NCBI GenBank assembly: GCA_016193315.1
Contig: JACPSJ010000001.1
Location: 284,446-348,445, forward strand
Source: Candidatus Kerfeldbacteria bacterium
GTDB taxonomy: Bacteria > Patescibacteriota > Patescibacteriia > SBBC01 > CAIJZX01
Length of the DNA: 64,000 bases
Direction of reading: 5' to 3'
Shown here: positions 37,131-47,869 of the stretch, piece by piece
Numbering within the stretch: the first letter of the stretch is position 1
Layout of the letters: each line of letters begins with the position of its first letter
Made by a program: the position numbers and the translations under genes
The notes under the pieces: model-generated
What the model was told of the DNA's origin: nothing
What the model saw: the letters and a program-made list of their open reading frames with translations, nothing else
Databases searched by the model: none

Positions 37131-38654
37131 ATGGACCCACACATACGACAACTACTGGAGGAAATCTATCAGTCCCAGCCGGCTCTTCGTCAGCAAGAAC
37201 CACAGCTGGCGGCCTGGCTCGAGCAGTTTATGGTCGCGCGACCAACGGTGCAACTTACGCCCGATTTCCGCCAGCAGCTCCGGCAAAAACTTCTGGCGGC
37301 TGCCAGGTCTACTTCCCAGCCACCATCTTTATCAACTGACTCATGGTTTATGCCCAAATGGATCATTCCGGCGGCGGCTACGGCCGTCATTATTGCGGTG
37401 GCCATCCCGTTAACTAATCTGCTGATGCCGAAAGCACCGCCCACCACTACGGGACCAGGTGTAACCATTGCCACGGTCGGGGCCGACGCTTTTGGATCGC
37501 TGGCGTCGGCCACCAAGCAATCATTGTCCGCCACCAGCCCGACCGGGGGGGCCGCTGAACGGCGCAGCGCTACTGCACCGGTCACGGCCGATGACTCGAC
37601 TGGCCTGGGTACCGGCGTGGGGACGACCATCGTGGAACCTGTACCACCGGAAAGTGTTAAGCGGTATGAATTTATCTATGACGGACCGATCGCCATTCCC
37701 GATCTGCCGATACTGATGCGCCAGGCGACGCTGCGGGCGGGTACGGTGACCGGACTGATTGATGATGTGGGCCTCATTGGAAGTGAACCGTTCCGTTCCT
37801 ATCAACCCCAGTATCTGACCGTCGCCCAGAGCGTCGCCGATGGTTTGACGCTGTCGATCGACTACGTCAACGGCAGCATCTCGCTCTATCGGAATCAAAC
37901 AGTCGCGCTTGACCGCGGTATCAGCGTCGGGGTTGAGTCACCGGTCAGTCTCGAACAGGTACAGTTGGCCAGCCTCCCTCCTGACGACGAACTGATTACT
38001 GTGGCTAACCGTTTCCTCGATCAGTATGGCATTAGCCGTCAAGGATTTGGCCAGCCAATCGTCAATAAGGATTTCCTCCGCTACGAAATCATGGCCCAAA
38101 CGGACATGGTCTACGCGCCCCAGGAGTTGACCGTAGTCTATCCCTGGCAGATCAACGGCCAGCCGGTCTACGACGAAAGCGGCAACCGCTATGGGTTGGT
38201 GGTTAATGTTAACGCCGTGACCAAGACGGTGTCAGGAGTTTCTAACTTGGTAACTCTCAGTTTCCAAGCCTCAGATTACGCTCGGGAAGACGATTCGGAC
38301 AAGATCGTCGAAGTCGCCAAGCACGGCGGACTGTACAGCTACCAACCTGAACCGGCCGAGGGCGTGGAGACAGTCAAGATCCAACTCGGCCAACCAGCGA
38401 GCGGCTACATGATTTCCCGCTACCAGCTCGACCAGACGAGCAGCGAGTTCCTGGTCCCGGCCCTGATCTTCCCGATCACCTCGGTCCCCAGCGGCGAGCA
38501 GCTCTATCAGTCCTCGATCATCGTGCCGGTGGTCAAGGACCTCCTCGCCCAAGGCGACGCCACGATTAAACCGATGCCGTTGCCGGCCGAAGGCGGGGGC
38601 TCGGAACCTTCCTCGGCGGGCCCGGTCAACGCCGAATCAGACAGCCAACCATAG
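37131..38654 (+). CDS. putative anti-sigma factor / single-pass membrane protein with large extracytoplasmic domain
   Basis: Immediately downstream of the ECF sigma. About 85-aa cytoplasmic N-terminus, one TM (WIIPAAATAVIIAVAIPL), 400-aa external domain. Confidence 0.5.
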   Translation: MDPHIRQLLEEIYQSQPALRQQEPQLAAWLEQFMVARPTVQLTPDFRQQLRQKLLAAARSTSQPPSLSTDSWFMPKWIIPAAATAVIIAVAIPLTNLLMPKAPPTTTGPGVTIATVGADAFGSLASATKQSLSATSPTGGAAERRSATAPVTADDSTGLGTGVGTTIVEPVPPESVKRYEFIYDGPIAIPDLPILMRQATLRAGTVTGLIDDVGLIGSEPFRSYQPQYLTVAQSVADGLTLSIDYVNGSISLYRNQTVALDRGISVGVESPVSLEQVQLASLPPDDELITVANRFLDQYGISRQGFGQPIVNKDFLRYEIMAQTDMVYAPQELTVVYPWQINGQPVYDESGNRYGLVVNVNAVTKTVSGVSNLVTLSFQASDYAREDDSDKIVEVAKHGGLYSYQPEPAEGVETVKIQLGQPASGYMISRYQLDQTSSEFLVPALIFPITSVPSGEQLYQSSIIVPVVKDLLAQGDATIKPMPLPAEGGGSEPSSAGPVNAESDSQP

Positions 38655-38697
38655 GCGGTTTGGCCGGGGCCAGACGGCGGTCTGCTATACTAGGTTA

Positions 38698-39090
38698 GTG
38701 GAACTGAATCGGTTTGAAGATCTTGTCCGCCAAACTATTTTTCGGTTACCTGACCGGATTCGGCGCCGACTAGAGAATGTGGCCTTTGTGATCGAACCCG
38801 ACCAACGCCGGGCTCAGGCTCATGAGCTGGTGATTGAACGCCACCACGTCTTGCTCGGTCTCTACCAAGGCGTGCCGTACGGTCGTCGCGGCCCGTGGTA
38901 TTCGGGCGTGCTCCCCGACAAGATCACGCTCTTCCAGTCGTCAATCGAACAACTGGCCGGTGGCGATGAAGGTCGGATCCGCCGCATCGTCGCTGACACC
39001 GTTCGTCACGAGATCGCCCATTACTTCGGATTAGATGAAGCTGAAGTCCGGCGTTGGGAGAAACAACGCCGCCAGCGGCCCCGACCGTGA
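38698..39090 (+). CDS. zincin-like minimal metallopeptidase (HExxH)
   Basis: RHEIAHYFG motif. Small (130 aa). GTG start 6 nt after TGCTATACT (38683-38691). Confidence 0.55.
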   Translation: MELNRFEDLVRQTIFRLPDRIRRRLENVAFVIEPDQRRAQAHELVIERHHVLLGLYQGVPYGRRGPWYSGVLPDKITLFQSSIEQLAGGDEGRIRRIVADTVRHEIAHYFGLDEAEVRRWEKQRRQRPRP

Positions 39091-39104
39091 AGGCAATCGT
39101 CATC

Positions 39105-40025
39105 ATGGCGGTGGTAGTTTTGTCCTTGGTGACCGTCGGGTGGTGGCTGGGTCGGTTATCAAACCCGCCATCGTGGCCGAATCGAAATTCGAGCCCACCC
39201 ACCGTCACCCACGTCAGCCCAGACGACCAAGCAGTGACACTGCTGGCCGCCGGTGATATCGCTTCCGGTGGCAACGATCACGATGAAGAGACCGCCAAAA
39301 TCCTCGATCAATTACCTGGGACGGTGGCCGCGCTGGGCGATGAAGCGTATCCGTCTGGACGCGATCAAGATTTTCAAGAATGCTACGAACCGACCTGGGG
39401 GCGGCACCGTTCACGAACCCGGCCGACGCCGGGCAATCATGAATACGTCACCGACCGAGCCGCCGGCTACTTTCGCTATTTCAACGACCAAGCCGGCGAT
39501 CCTGAGCAAGGGTACTACTCCTACCGCCTGGGGGAATGGCAAGTTTTTGCGCTCAACAGCAACTGCCAGGAAATCGGCGGTTGCGACTACGGCTCGCCGC
39601 AGCAGCGTTGGTTAGAGCAAGCCCTGGCCGAGACGAAGACGGCGTGCGCCCTGGCGTACTCCCACCACCCGCGTTTTAGTTCCGGTTTGCACGGTGACAC
39701 GGAGGAGATAGACCCGTTGTGGCGGACGCTCCAGCGCGGTGGCGTTGACGTCGCGCTCGCGGGTCATGACCACGATTACGAACGCTTTGCGCCGCTCGAT
39801 GAACAGGGCCAGGCCGATCCAGAAACCGGCACTCGATCTTTTGTCGTCGGCACTGGCGGCCGGTCGCTCTATCCGTTGCGTCGCGTCCAGCGCGGCAGCG
39901 AGGCGCGGGATCACAAGACATATGGCGTGCTACGACTGTCTCTTGAGCCGACCGGCTACCGATGGCAATTCATGCCGGTCGCCGGCTCGACGTTCACCGA
40001 TGCTGGCACGGGCCAGTGTCACTAA
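39105..40025 (+). CDS. metallophosphoesterase (purple-acid-phosphatase-like), membrane-anchored
   Basis: GDIA, GDEAY, GNHEY, GHDHDYER motifs. N-terminal TM. The start could instead be the GTG at 39087 that overlaps the upstream stop. Confidence 0.65.
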   Translation: MAVVVLSLVTVGWWLGRLSNPPSWPNRNSSPPTVTHVSPDDQAVTLLAAGDIASGGNDHDEETAKILDQLPGTVAALGDEAYPSGRDQDFQECYEPTWGRHRSRTRPTPGNHEYVTDRAAGYFRYFNDQAGDPEQGYYSYRLGEWQVFALNSNCQEIGGCDYGSPQQRWLEQALAETKTACALAYSHHPRFSSGLHGDTEEIDPLWRTLQRGGVDVALAGHDHDYERFAPLDEQGQADPETGTRSFVVGTGGRSLYPLRRVQRGSEARDHKTYGVLRLSLEPTGYRWQFMPVAGSTFTDAGTGQCH

Positions 40026-40186
40026 AAGACCCGTCCCCGGGCGACCGTTGGCTGAGAATAAGGCCATGGTCTTGCTGCGGTCATTAAAAACCAGACGCGG
40101 TTGACAAATTCGCCACAGTCAAGTAGAACAGGGGCACGATTCCCAACAGTCTCAGCTCCTTAAACTATCAGCCCAGGAGGCGCGCC

Positions 40187-41269
40187 GTGTTCGTCGATGT
40201 CCGGAAGCTTGGCGCCGGCCAAGCCTGTCGCATCGCCGGGTACGGTCACACCGTCCTCGGCGAAGAGTATCTCTACGATAACCCCCGGTTCATTCGGGAA
40301 GTCCTATCGCCGACCGGCCGAACCAGGTTGTGGCTTGAAGTCGGTGACCCGAGTACAATGTCGGAGGAAGAATTGGTCGCTCGGGCGGACGCCAAGATGA
40401 GCGCCCTGCCGCTCGGCATCCGTTCCCGGTATCTCTACCCGGGGCCGACGTCAATGTTGGCCGCCATGGCGGCCGAGACGGCCCTGGCCGACGCTGGTTG
40501 GTTGGCCGCCGACCTCGACGCCATCATCGTGGCCACCAATACCGGCCGGGGCTACCCGAGTACCGCGGACATGGTCAAGCTCCACCTCGACCAGCGGTCG
40601 GAGGCGCTGTGTTTTGACCTGACCGAGGCCTGCAGCGCCGGCGTGGCCGCCATCTTCGATGGCTGGCGGGGGATTCGATCCGGTGCCTGGCGACGGGTCC
40701 TCGTCATCGGCGCGGAAAACGCCTTGACGCTCGCCACACCCGACAATCATGAGCCGGAGCTTGATAACTACAAGGATTGCAATCTCTTCGGCTCGGCCGC
40801 CTTCGCCCTGGCCATGGAAGCCGCGGCGGTCGAACAGTTCCGGTTCTTCGACCAGCTGTCCGAACCCTTTGACGGCCAATCCGAGTGGGTTCGGAAAGGC
40901 CCGCACGGGTTTACCCAGGACGGCCGACGGGTTCATGAGTACATCGGACGGGCGATCCCGCCGCGCATCGTCGCCGCTTGTCAGCAAGCCGGGATTGATC
41001 CGGCCGATGTCCGACACGTTTTCCCGCACATGCCGAGCCGCAAGACAGTTGACTTCTTCATCGAGCGGCTGCGGCGGCTGTGGCCGAGGGAAGTATTCAA
41101 CGGTTGTATCCACGAGAACATTGCCACTCACGGTAATACCAGCGCCGCGAGCAGCGGTTGGCTGTTGGCCCGGGCCAAAGCTAGTGGCCTCCTCCGGCCG
41201 GGCGACATCTGCATCATCTGGTCGTTCGGATCTGGCATGAGTGCGGCCGGTACAGCCTTCATCTTCTAA
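40187..41269 (+). CDS. 3-oxoacyl-ACP synthase III (FabH)-like condensing enzyme
   Basis: Active-site Cys (TEACSAG), His/Asn region (ENIATHGNTSAASSG). Thiolase-fold length 360 aa. Confidence 0.7.
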   Translation: MFVDVRKLGAGQACRIAGYGHTVLGEEYLYDNPRFIREVLSPTGRTRLWLEVGDPSTMSEEELVARADAKMSALPLGIRSRYLYPGPTSMLAAMAAETALADAGWLAADLDAIIVATNTGRGYPSTADMVKLHLDQRSEALCFDLTEACSAGVAAIFDGWRGIRSGAWRRVLVIGAENALTLATPDNHEPELDNYKDCNLFGSAAFALAMEAAAVEQFRFFDQLSEPFDGQSEWVRKGPHGFTQDGRRVHEYIGRAIPPRIVAACQQAGIDPADVRHVFPHMPSRKTVDFFIERLRRLWPREVFNGCIHENIATHGNTSAASSGWLLARAKASGLLRPGDICIIWSFGSGMSAAGTAFIF

Positions 41270-41406
41270 GCCCTTTTCCTCTCGCCCGGGCGAGAGTTTT
41301 TTGTTCCTCTTCCCAGCGGCTTGCCAAGAGCCGACGGCCGGCGTATACTGGTCCTGCTACGCTTGAACCCTGGCTGAAGTAGCGGTTCTGGCAGCACCGT
41401 ACGAGA

Positions 41407-41940
41407 GTGATGGCTTTGATTGCTGATCACTTCCATAGTCCAACGCTGGGGAATATCGATACCAGGGGACTGGTGGCGCGAATGCACCAGTTTGTGACGG
41501 CTGACCAGCAGAGTCAGTACCGCTTGATTATCGGCACGGATTCGTTGCCGAACCTTGATGGTTGCGTTTACCTTGTGACCGCCATTGTTCTCCACCGCCT
41601 GGGCCATGGGGGCATTTACTTTTGGCAGCGGGCCTTGTCCCAACGATTGCACAGCCTGCGTGATCGGATGTATGCCGAAGCGCTCAGCTCGATCGCCATG
41701 GCCCAGGCGCTTGAGGGCATGCCGGCGCTTCAGCCGTTATTGCGTCAGAATATTGAGATCCATGTCGATATCGGTCAGGCCGGGCCGACCCGCGAAATGA
41801 TTCAAGAGTTGGTGGGCATGATCGTCGCCCATGGCTACCTGGCCAAAACCAAACCCGAGTCCTTTGCCGCTTCGAAGGTGGCTGATCGTCATACTCTTCC
41901 GGGTCCGGCCTTATCACCGCAGCCGGTGGTGATTGAATAG
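41407..41940 (+). CDS. YkuK-like (DUF458) RNase-H-fold protein
   Basis: LIIGTDS and IEIHVDIG motifs, as in the YkuK family. TATACT at 41344-41349. Confidence 0.45.
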   Translation: MMALIADHFHSPTLGNIDTRGLVARMHQFVTADQQSQYRLIIGTDSLPNLDGCVYLVTAIVLHRLGHGGIYFWQRALSQRLHSLRDRMYAEALSSIAMAQALEGMPALQPLLRQNIEIHVDIGQAGPTREMIQELVGMIVAHGYLAKTKPESFAASKVADRHTLPGPALSPQPVVIE

Positions 41941-41950
41941 CCGCGCGACC

Positions 41951-42163
41951 ATGGCCGCGGCCGGTCCGTTCAGTAAGGGGGATCGTGTCCCAGCGGAAGG
42001 GGACTATGTCTGTGTGCCCTGCGGCTACCGTCGGCATTACCAGGTCGGCCAACAATTTGCCGAATGTTTGTCTTGCTTCAGCGGCACCCCGGAGGGGCAG
42101 CACGAGGAGTTTGTGGAGGGATTGGAAATGTGGGAGCCAGTCACCCCGCCGCCAGGCCCATGA
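41951..42163 (+). CDS. small zinc-ribbon protein
   Basis: CVPCGYRRHYQVGQQFAECLSCFS carries two CxxC pairs. ATG 41951 chosen over the upstream TTG. Confidence 0.4.
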   Translation: MAAAGPFSKGDRVPAEGDYVCVPCGYRRHYQVGQQFAECLSCFSGTPEGQHEEFVEGLEMWEPVTPPPGP

Positions 42164-42561
42164 ATTTGGGGGAGACACTGCCGCTGACCGTGCCCACCAC
42201 CAAGCACCGGCAGATCCTTGACCTGACTGAACGGATTAACGAATCCGTCAGCGCTGCACCGGCCGCCGCGCTATGCCACCTGTTTCTGACGCACACTACC
42301 GCGGCCTTGACCACGGCCGACCTTGATCCCGGTACCGACCTGGACCTGCTTGATGCCTTCGAGGTTATGGTCCCGAAGCTGGCTTACCGTCACCCACACG
42401 ACCCCAGCCACGTGGGCGATCACATTCTCTCGGCCCTGATCGGCACCTCGCTGGTTCTGCCCCTGAAGCGGGGACAACTGGTGCTTGGAACGTGGCAACG
42501 AGTAGTGCTGATTGAGTTCGATGGCCCGCGGACGAGGACCATAATCCTGACGCCGAGCTAG
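42160..42561 (+). CDS. YjbQ family (UPF0047) protein
   Basis: CHLFLTHTTAALT...PHDPSHVGDHI...LGTWQRVVLIEFDGPRTR. Start at ATG 42160 (ATGA overlap with the upstream gene) rather than the 5' extension in the track. Confidence 0.7.
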   Translation: MNLGETLPLTVPTTKHRQILDLTERINESVSAAPAAALCHLFLTHTTAALTTADLDPGTDLDLLDAFEVMVPKLAYRHPHDPSHVGDHILSALIGTSLVLPLKRGQLVLGTWQRVVLIEFDGPRTRTIILTPS

Positions 42562-42563
42562 TC

Positions 42564-43718
42564 ATGCCCGCCCTGGCCGATCACTTCTCGCGCGATATCG
42601 CCATCGTCGATGGCGACGGGTGCTATGTGACCGATCGCGACGGCCGGCGCTACATTGACTTTGTGGCTGGCTGGTGCGTCGGCACGGTCGGGTGGAAACA
42701 TCACGCCGTGGTGACAGCTCTGAAACGGCAGGCCGAACACGGGCTGTTCGTCCCGGCCCTCTTCCGTTATCCCGCCTGGGAACAGTTCGCTAAACAGCTG
42801 GTTGACCTCGCTCCCGGCTCACGGTTGCAGCGGGCCTGGCGCTGCACCAGCGGTTCCGAGGCCATCGAGTTCGCCATCAAATGTGCCCGTGCTGCCACCG
42901 GAAAGAAAACTATCGTCTCTATCGACGGCGTCTACCACGGCCACACCTATGGTGCCGCGTCGGTCGGTGACGCGATGACGCCAGACATGGCTCCCGGGGT
43001 ACCGGGTTTCATGAAGTTACCCCTGCCCAATCAATACCACGGGGTCGATACTGGCGATGTCATCTCTCGCTTCGAGCACCTCCTCCGAGCCAGCCACGAC
43101 GTGGCCGCTTTCCTCAGTGAGCCGGTGTTCACGAACGCCGGCGTTATCCTACCGCCGTCCGACTTCTATCCAGAAATCCAGCGCCTCTGCCGCCAGCACG
43201 GAGTGCTCGTCATGATGGACGAGGTCGCCACCGGTTTTGGGCGCTGTGGGGCCTTATTCGCTAGCTCGCTCTGGGGCCTGGAACCGGACGTTCTCTGTCT
43301 CGGCAAGGGGATGACTGGCGGTTACGGCACCATGGGCGCGACGCTGGTGAGCGAAGAGATATTTCAACGCTCCAAGCACATTCCACAGCTTTCGACCTTC
43401 GGCTGGGCAGCCCAGGACATGGCTGCCGCCCAAGCGGTCATTGACGTCATTCTCCGCGAGCGGTTATGGGAAAATGCCCATGGCCTGGGTATGTACTTGA
43501 TCGACCAGCTTCGGGCTCTCGAAAGTCGGCCGTATGTCGGGCAGGTGCGGAACGCTGGATTGCTGCTCGGGATGGAGATCGTCAAAGACAAGTCCAGCAA
43601 GAAACCCGATCCCGAACGGGCCGAAAAATTGGCCGAAGATTGCGCTCGGTCTGGCTTGCTGATCGAGACGGCTGGTAACGTTCTCTTCATGTCTCCGCCA
43701 ATACACGATGTCGCGTAA
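42564..43718 (+). CDS. class III (PLP-dependent) aminotransferase
   Basis: DEVATGFGRCG, CLGKGMTGG (PLP-Lys), SGSEAIEFAIK motifs. Confidence 0.75.
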   Translation: MPALADHFSRDIAIVDGDGCYVTDRDGRRYIDFVAGWCVGTVGWKHHAVVTALKRQAEHGLFVPALFRYPAWEQFAKQLVDLAPGSRLQRAWRCTSGSEAIEFAIKCARAATGKKTIVSIDGVYHGHTYGAASVGDAMTPDMAPGVPGFMKLPLPNQYHGVDTGDVISRFEHLLRASHDVAAFLSEPVFTNAGVILPPSDFYPEIQRLCRQHGVLVMMDEVATGFGRCGALFASSLWGLEPDVLCLGKGMTGGYGTMGATLVSEEIFQRSKHIPQLSTFGWAAQDMAAAQAVIDVILRERLWENAHGLGMYLIDQLRALESRPYVGQVRNAGLLLGMEIVKDKSSKKPDPERAEKLAEDCARSGLLIETAGNVLFMSPPIHDVA

Positions 43719-43986
43719 ACCTCGCTCGCCGCGTGTGACGCGGCTAGCTCGGACGCGACTTCGGGTTTGCGGCCCAAGTCTAACTTTTGACCCCCGCCTC
43801 GGCCAGCCTTCTTGTCTCGGAGCGAATACACGATGTACAAGCCGGCCAACGACGGCCGTCCTTGAAAAGGGTGTGGAGGTTGAGATGTTGCTTGCGCTTG
43901 GTGGCGATGTTGGAGTGACTGCGCGAATAGCTGTTCATCGCCCCGCGGCCGCAAATGGAGCAGGTCCGGGCCATTAGTCAGAGATA

Positions 43987-46104
43987 ATGATTCATGCAGT
44001 TAGCGTCGAGCCAACACAAACTACCATGATTGCTTCGACTGGTCAAGACCGGTCGGCGGTTACGACGACCGTGACTGGAGGCGGTCGGTCAATGGGCGCG
44101 GCGCGACGATTGTTTATCGCCAGCGGACTGATTTTGTTCCTGGAGTTGTGCTTGATCCGCTGGTCCGGGGCCAACGTCGTTCACCTCTCGTATTTTACCA
44201 ATTTCATCTTGCTCGGAAGCTTCCTCGGCATCGGACTCGGTTTTCTAACCATCCGCTGGACTTTCTCCATGCTGACGCTCTCAACCTATCTCTTGGCCGG
44301 GTACGTGGCGTTGATTCTAGTCGCGCCGGTCCAGATCGTTCGTGATTTTTCCGAACTGATTTTTTTCACCGCCATTGACGGCCGGTTAACTGGTCTGCCA
44401 GCCTGGCTGATGTTGCCGCTGATCTTTGTCTTTGTCACTGCCATTTTTATGACCCTGGCTCAGACGATGGGTCGGGCCTTTGCTCAACTGCCGGCCTTGG
44501 CCGCCTACCGGATCGATATTCTGGGCAGCTTGACCGGGATCGTCGTCTTTTCCGGTCTGTCATTCTTGGGTTGGCCGCCGCTGACCTGGGGGATCTTGGT
44601 CGCGGCCGGCTACCTCTGCCTTCAGGAACGCGGCCAATGGCGGAAAATGGTTGTGCCCCTCGGGGCGATAGTTATCCTCTTGGGCCTTGAATCTCTGCCG
44701 GCCAACATTAGGTGGTCGCCGTATTATAAGGTCGATTTTCGGCGCCAACTCCTGGCGGGTGGCCTGGGCGAGGCCACCGTCGTCCAGGTCAATGGCATCC
44801 CGCATCAGTCCGCCCTATCAGTGGCAGCGGTCGAGCAGGCCCAGCTGGTGTATCTCTGGCCTTATGAACGCTATGGCCCTCAGCCGCCGTCGCGGGTGCT
44901 GGTAATTGGTGCCGGCACCGGCACCGATGTCGCCACGGCACTGGCCAAAGGCGCAAACCGGGTGGAGGCGGTCGAAATCGACCCCGTCTTGGCCAAATTG
45001 GGACGCCAGCGACATCCCGACCGGCCGTACGATGACCCGCGGGTCCAGCTTTGGCTGACGGACGGGCGCGCTTTCCTTGAACAAACTGCGGCCGTCTACG
45101 ACCTAATAGTCTTCGCCCTGCCAGATTCGCTGACGCTGGTCGCTGGCCAGTCCTCCCTGCGTCTAGAAAGTTATATGTTTACTCGTGAGGCCATTAGGGC
45201 GACGGCCAAAAAGTTGGCTCCGGAAGGGGTGTTCGTGATGTATAATTATTACCGTCGGCCATGGCTGATTGATCGGCTGGCGACGACGCTCCAAGAAGTA
45301 TTCGGCGTCAGACCGTGCGTCGAGCGGGTAACCGGGGAGACCGACGTCATGCTGTCAGTCGCCCTCAGGCCGAACCGGATTACTTGCCCAAATCAAGACC
45401 AAAGAAACGCTGTCCCGCCGGTCACGGATGATTACCCTTTTCTGTATTTAGGCCAACGCTCGATACCGACTTTCTACTTGTTGACCCTGCTGTTGATCGT
45501 GGCCTTTTCTGGCTTGGCCGTGCGGCGTGTCCTCGGCCCGCTCCGCCAGCTTCGACCGTACGCGGATCTATTTTGGATGGGCGCCGCCTTTTTGCTGTTG
45601 GAAACCAAGAATGTGGTCCAATTTGCCCTGCTGTTCGGGACGACATGGATCGTCAACGCCCTAGTCTTTGCCGGCATTTTGGGGGTAGTATTTCTGGCCG
45701 TAACAATGGCCCGACATTTGATCATTCGCCGGCTCGAGTGGTGGTACGGCGCTCTACTCGCCTCGTTGCTTGTGGCCTGGCTGGTGCCGCCGGGGTGGCT
45801 GCTGCGACTGTCTGCCGGCCCCAGATTCTTGGCGGCCACCGTCCTGGCCTTCGCGCCGGTTTTTATCGCCAATTGTATTTTTGCCAGTCGATTGCGCGCG
45901 GCGGCGTCATCAACGGCGGCCTTGGCTGCCAACCTACTGGGGGCCATGGTTGGTGGCGTGCTCGAGTATACTTCCCTAGTGGTTGGTTACCGTTATCTCC
46001 TGGTCTTGATCGCCGCCTGCTATGTTGCCGCGCTGTGGCTAATGCCCCGCCCCGGACGCCATCAAGATCGAATTGCCTTCGGGGCAACCGATGCGGTAGA
46101 ATAG
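43987..46104 (+). CDS. polytopic membrane protein with spermidine-synthase-like (SpeE) aminopropyltransferase domain
   Basis: N- and C-terminal TM bundles flank VLVIGAGTGTDV...VEAVEIDPVLAKL...DLIVFALPDS (SpeE fold). The true start may be the Met at 44092. Confidence 0.55.
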   Translation: MIHAVSVEPTQTTMIASTGQDRSAVTTTVTGGGRSMGAARRLFIASGLILFLELCLIRWSGANVVHLSYFTNFILLGSFLGIGLGFLTIRWTFSMLTLSTYLLAGYVALILVAPVQIVRDFSELIFFTAIDGRLTGLPAWLMLPLIFVFVTAIFMTLAQTMGRAFAQLPALAAYRIDILGSLTGIVVFSGLSFLGWPPLTWGILVAAGYLCLQERGQWRKMVVPLGAIVILLGLESLPANIRWSPYYKVDFRRQLLAGGLGEATVVQVNGIPHQSALSVAAVEQAQLVYLWPYERYGPQPPSRVLVIGAGTGTDVATALAKGANRVEAVEIDPVLAKLGRQRHPDRPYDDPRVQLWLTDGRAFLEQTAAVYDLIVFALPDSLTLVAGQSSLRLESYMFTREAIRATAKKLAPEGVFVMYNYYRRPWLIDRLATTLQEVFGVRPCVERVTGETDVMLSVALRPNRITCPNQDQRNAVPPVTDDYPFLYLGQRSIPTFYLLTLLLIVAFSGLAVRRVLGPLRQLRPYADLFWMGAAFLLLETKNVVQFALLFGTTWIVNALVFAGILGVVFLAVTMARHLIIRRLEWWYGALLASLLVAWLVPPGWLLRLSAGPRFLAATVLAFAPVFIANCIFASRLRAAASSTAALAANLLGAMVGGVLEYTSLVVGYRYLLVLIAACYVAALWLMPRPGRHQDRIAFGATDAVE

Positions 46105-46123
46105 AAAATAAATCCGCCGGCCC

Positions 46124-46762
46124 ATGTTCTCGATCCAAACGCTCTTCTCTGACCCGCTCCGATTCGTGGTTGGTTTTCTGGCCTTGGCCGTCTCGATCGG
46201 TATCCACGAATTCGCTCACGTCCTGGCCGCCGACCTCCAGGGTGATTCCACCGGTCGGTCGCTCGGTCGGCTGACGCTCAACCCGCTCCGGCACCTCGAT
46301 CCGCTCGGCACGATCGCCATCCTGATCGCCGGCATTGGCTGGGGCAAGCCAGCGCCGTTCAATCCGTACAACCTACGTTTTCGACGCTGGGGACCGGCGT
46401 TGGTGGCGGTGGCTGGCCCGATCGCCAATATCGTGATGCTCATCCTGGCCGGCTATGCCCTGGTGATACTCCAAGCCAGCCTGGGAAACGATAATCTCCT
46501 CCGCCTTTTCTTGCATACCCTGGTCATCCTCAATGCGGCCCTGGCAGTCTTTAATCTCATCCCGGTTCACCCGCTTGACGGGTCACATCTGCTGCGGGCC
46601 CTCCTGACACCAGTCAACCCATTGGTCCAATGGGTTGAGCAGTACGGGGTCTACCTCCTGTTGGGTATTCTGTTCTTCGGCGGCGCGATTCTCAATCTGT
46701 ACATTGTGACCGGCATTCGTTGGCTGCTGACCGCGGTCGGGTTGAGTGGCTTATTCTTGTGA
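46124..46762 (+). CDS. site-2-protease-like M50 family metalloprotease
   Basis: HEFAHVLAA (HExxH) in TM1, further TM helices, LDGSHLL motif. Confidence 0.6.
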   Translation: MFSIQTLFSDPLRFVVGFLALAVSIGIHEFAHVLAADLQGDSTGRSLGRLTLNPLRHLDPLGTIAILIAGIGWGKPAPFNPYNLRFRRWGPALVAVAGPIANIVMLILAGYALVILQASLGNDNLLRLFLHTLVILNAALAVFNLIPVHPLDGSHLLRALLTPVNPLVQWVEQYGVYLLLGILFFGGAILNLYIVTGIRWLLTAVGLSGLFL

Positions 46763-46810
46763 CAGTTGACGGCCAGCGGGGGTTGATGGTAGAGTACCAA
46801 TGGTTCACTC

Positions 46811-46842
46811 GCTTGTTCGTCGCCCTGACGAAGCGCGTTTTT
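46811..46842 (+). terminator. intrinsic terminator-like hairpin + T5 between the M50 gene and rpsL
   Basis: CGC-TTG-TTCGTC-gccc-TGACGAA-GCG, then CG, then TTTTT. Confidence 0.35.
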
Positions 46843-46882
46843 AGTCCCGACCATAATACCTAATACCTAGATTGCAGATCCA

Positions 46883-47299
46883 ATGCCCACCATGAGTCAA
46901 CTCGTCCGCCATGGGCGGACAACGCATCCACCGAAGTCGAAAACTCCGGCCCTGGAGTCGATCATGAACGCCGTTCAACGCCGACGAACGTATTTGCCAA
47001 AAGGCAGCCCGTTTAAGCGCGGTGTGTGCATCAAAGTCACGACCACCACGCCGAAAAAGCCGAATTCAGCGCTGCGGAAAATTGCCCGGGTGCGGTTGTC
47101 GAATGGCCAGGAAGTGACGGCCTACATCCCCGGCATTGGTCATAACCTCCAAGAACACTCCATCGTTCTTATCCGCGGTGGCCGAGTCAAAGACTTGCCT
47201 GGTGTGCGATACCACATCGTCCGTGGCGTCTACGACACCCAAGGCGTCCCGGAACGAAAACAAGGCCGCAGCCTGTACGGCGCCAAGCAACCGAGCTAA
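46883..47299 (+). CDS. rpsL: 30S ribosomal protein S12 (with ~14-aa internal insertion)
   Basis: [72 protein letters not shown]. Confidence 0.95.
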   Translation: MPTMSQLVRHGRTTHPPKSKTPALESIMNAVQRRRTYLPKGSPFKRGVCIKVTTTTPKKPNSALRKIARVRLSNGQEVTAYIPGIGHNLQEHSIVLIRGGRVKDLPGVRYHIVRGVYDTQGVPERKQGRSLYGAKQPS

Positions 47300-47316
47300 C
47301 CATCGAATGATCGACT

Positions 47317-47781
47317 ATGCGCAGCAAACGAGCGCCGATTCGTCGGGTCGAACCTGACCCGACGTATGAATCGGAGACCGTCGCCAAGTTCATCAACACT
47401 ATCATGGAGCGTGGCAAGAAAACGGTGGCCCGCCGGATTGTGTATGGCAGCTTTCAGGTAATTGAGTCTAAGGTCCAGCAGTCGCCGGTTCAGGTTTTTG
47501 AGCAGGCGGTCAAGAATGTCGGTCCCGTGGTCGAAGTGAAATCGCGGCGGGTCGGCGGCGCTAATTACCAGGTGCCGATCGAAGTCGGCCCGAAACGGCG
47601 GCAAGCCCTAGCCTTCCGCTGGCTGATCGCCGCGGCCAAAGCCAAACCCGGGCGCCCGATGTATGCCAAGCTGGCTGACGAGCTGATGCAAGCGGCCCAG
47701 AACCAAGGCGACGCCATCAAGAAGAAACAAGACGTCCATCGCATGGCTGAGGCCAATCGGGCTTTTGCTCACTTTGCTTAG
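47317..47781 (+). CDS. rpsG: 30S ribosomal protein S7
   Basis: Full-length S7 ([22 protein letters not shown]..., [11 protein letters not shown]). Confidence 0.95.
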   Translation: MRSKRAPIRRVEPDPTYESETVAKFINTIMERGKKTVARRIVYGSFQVIESKVQQSPVQVFEQAVKNVGPVVEVKSRRVGGANYQVPIEVGPKRRQALAFRWLIAAAKAKPGRPMYAKLADELMQAAQNQGDAIKKKQDVHRMAEANRAFAHFA

Positions 47782-47869
47782 ATCGAGCGTGGGCGAACTT
47801 CCGAAAAGTCCAGAAGCCGGGAATCCTGACCGTCCACCGCACGACGAACGGGAGCGGGCGGATTTGTCC

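Noticed and set aside
46766-46795. TTGACG-N18-TAGAGT as the rpsL promoter
   Set aside because: It lies upstream of a terminator-like hairpin (46811-46842) that more plausibly ends the M50 transcript. The spacing is non-optimal. Left unannotated.
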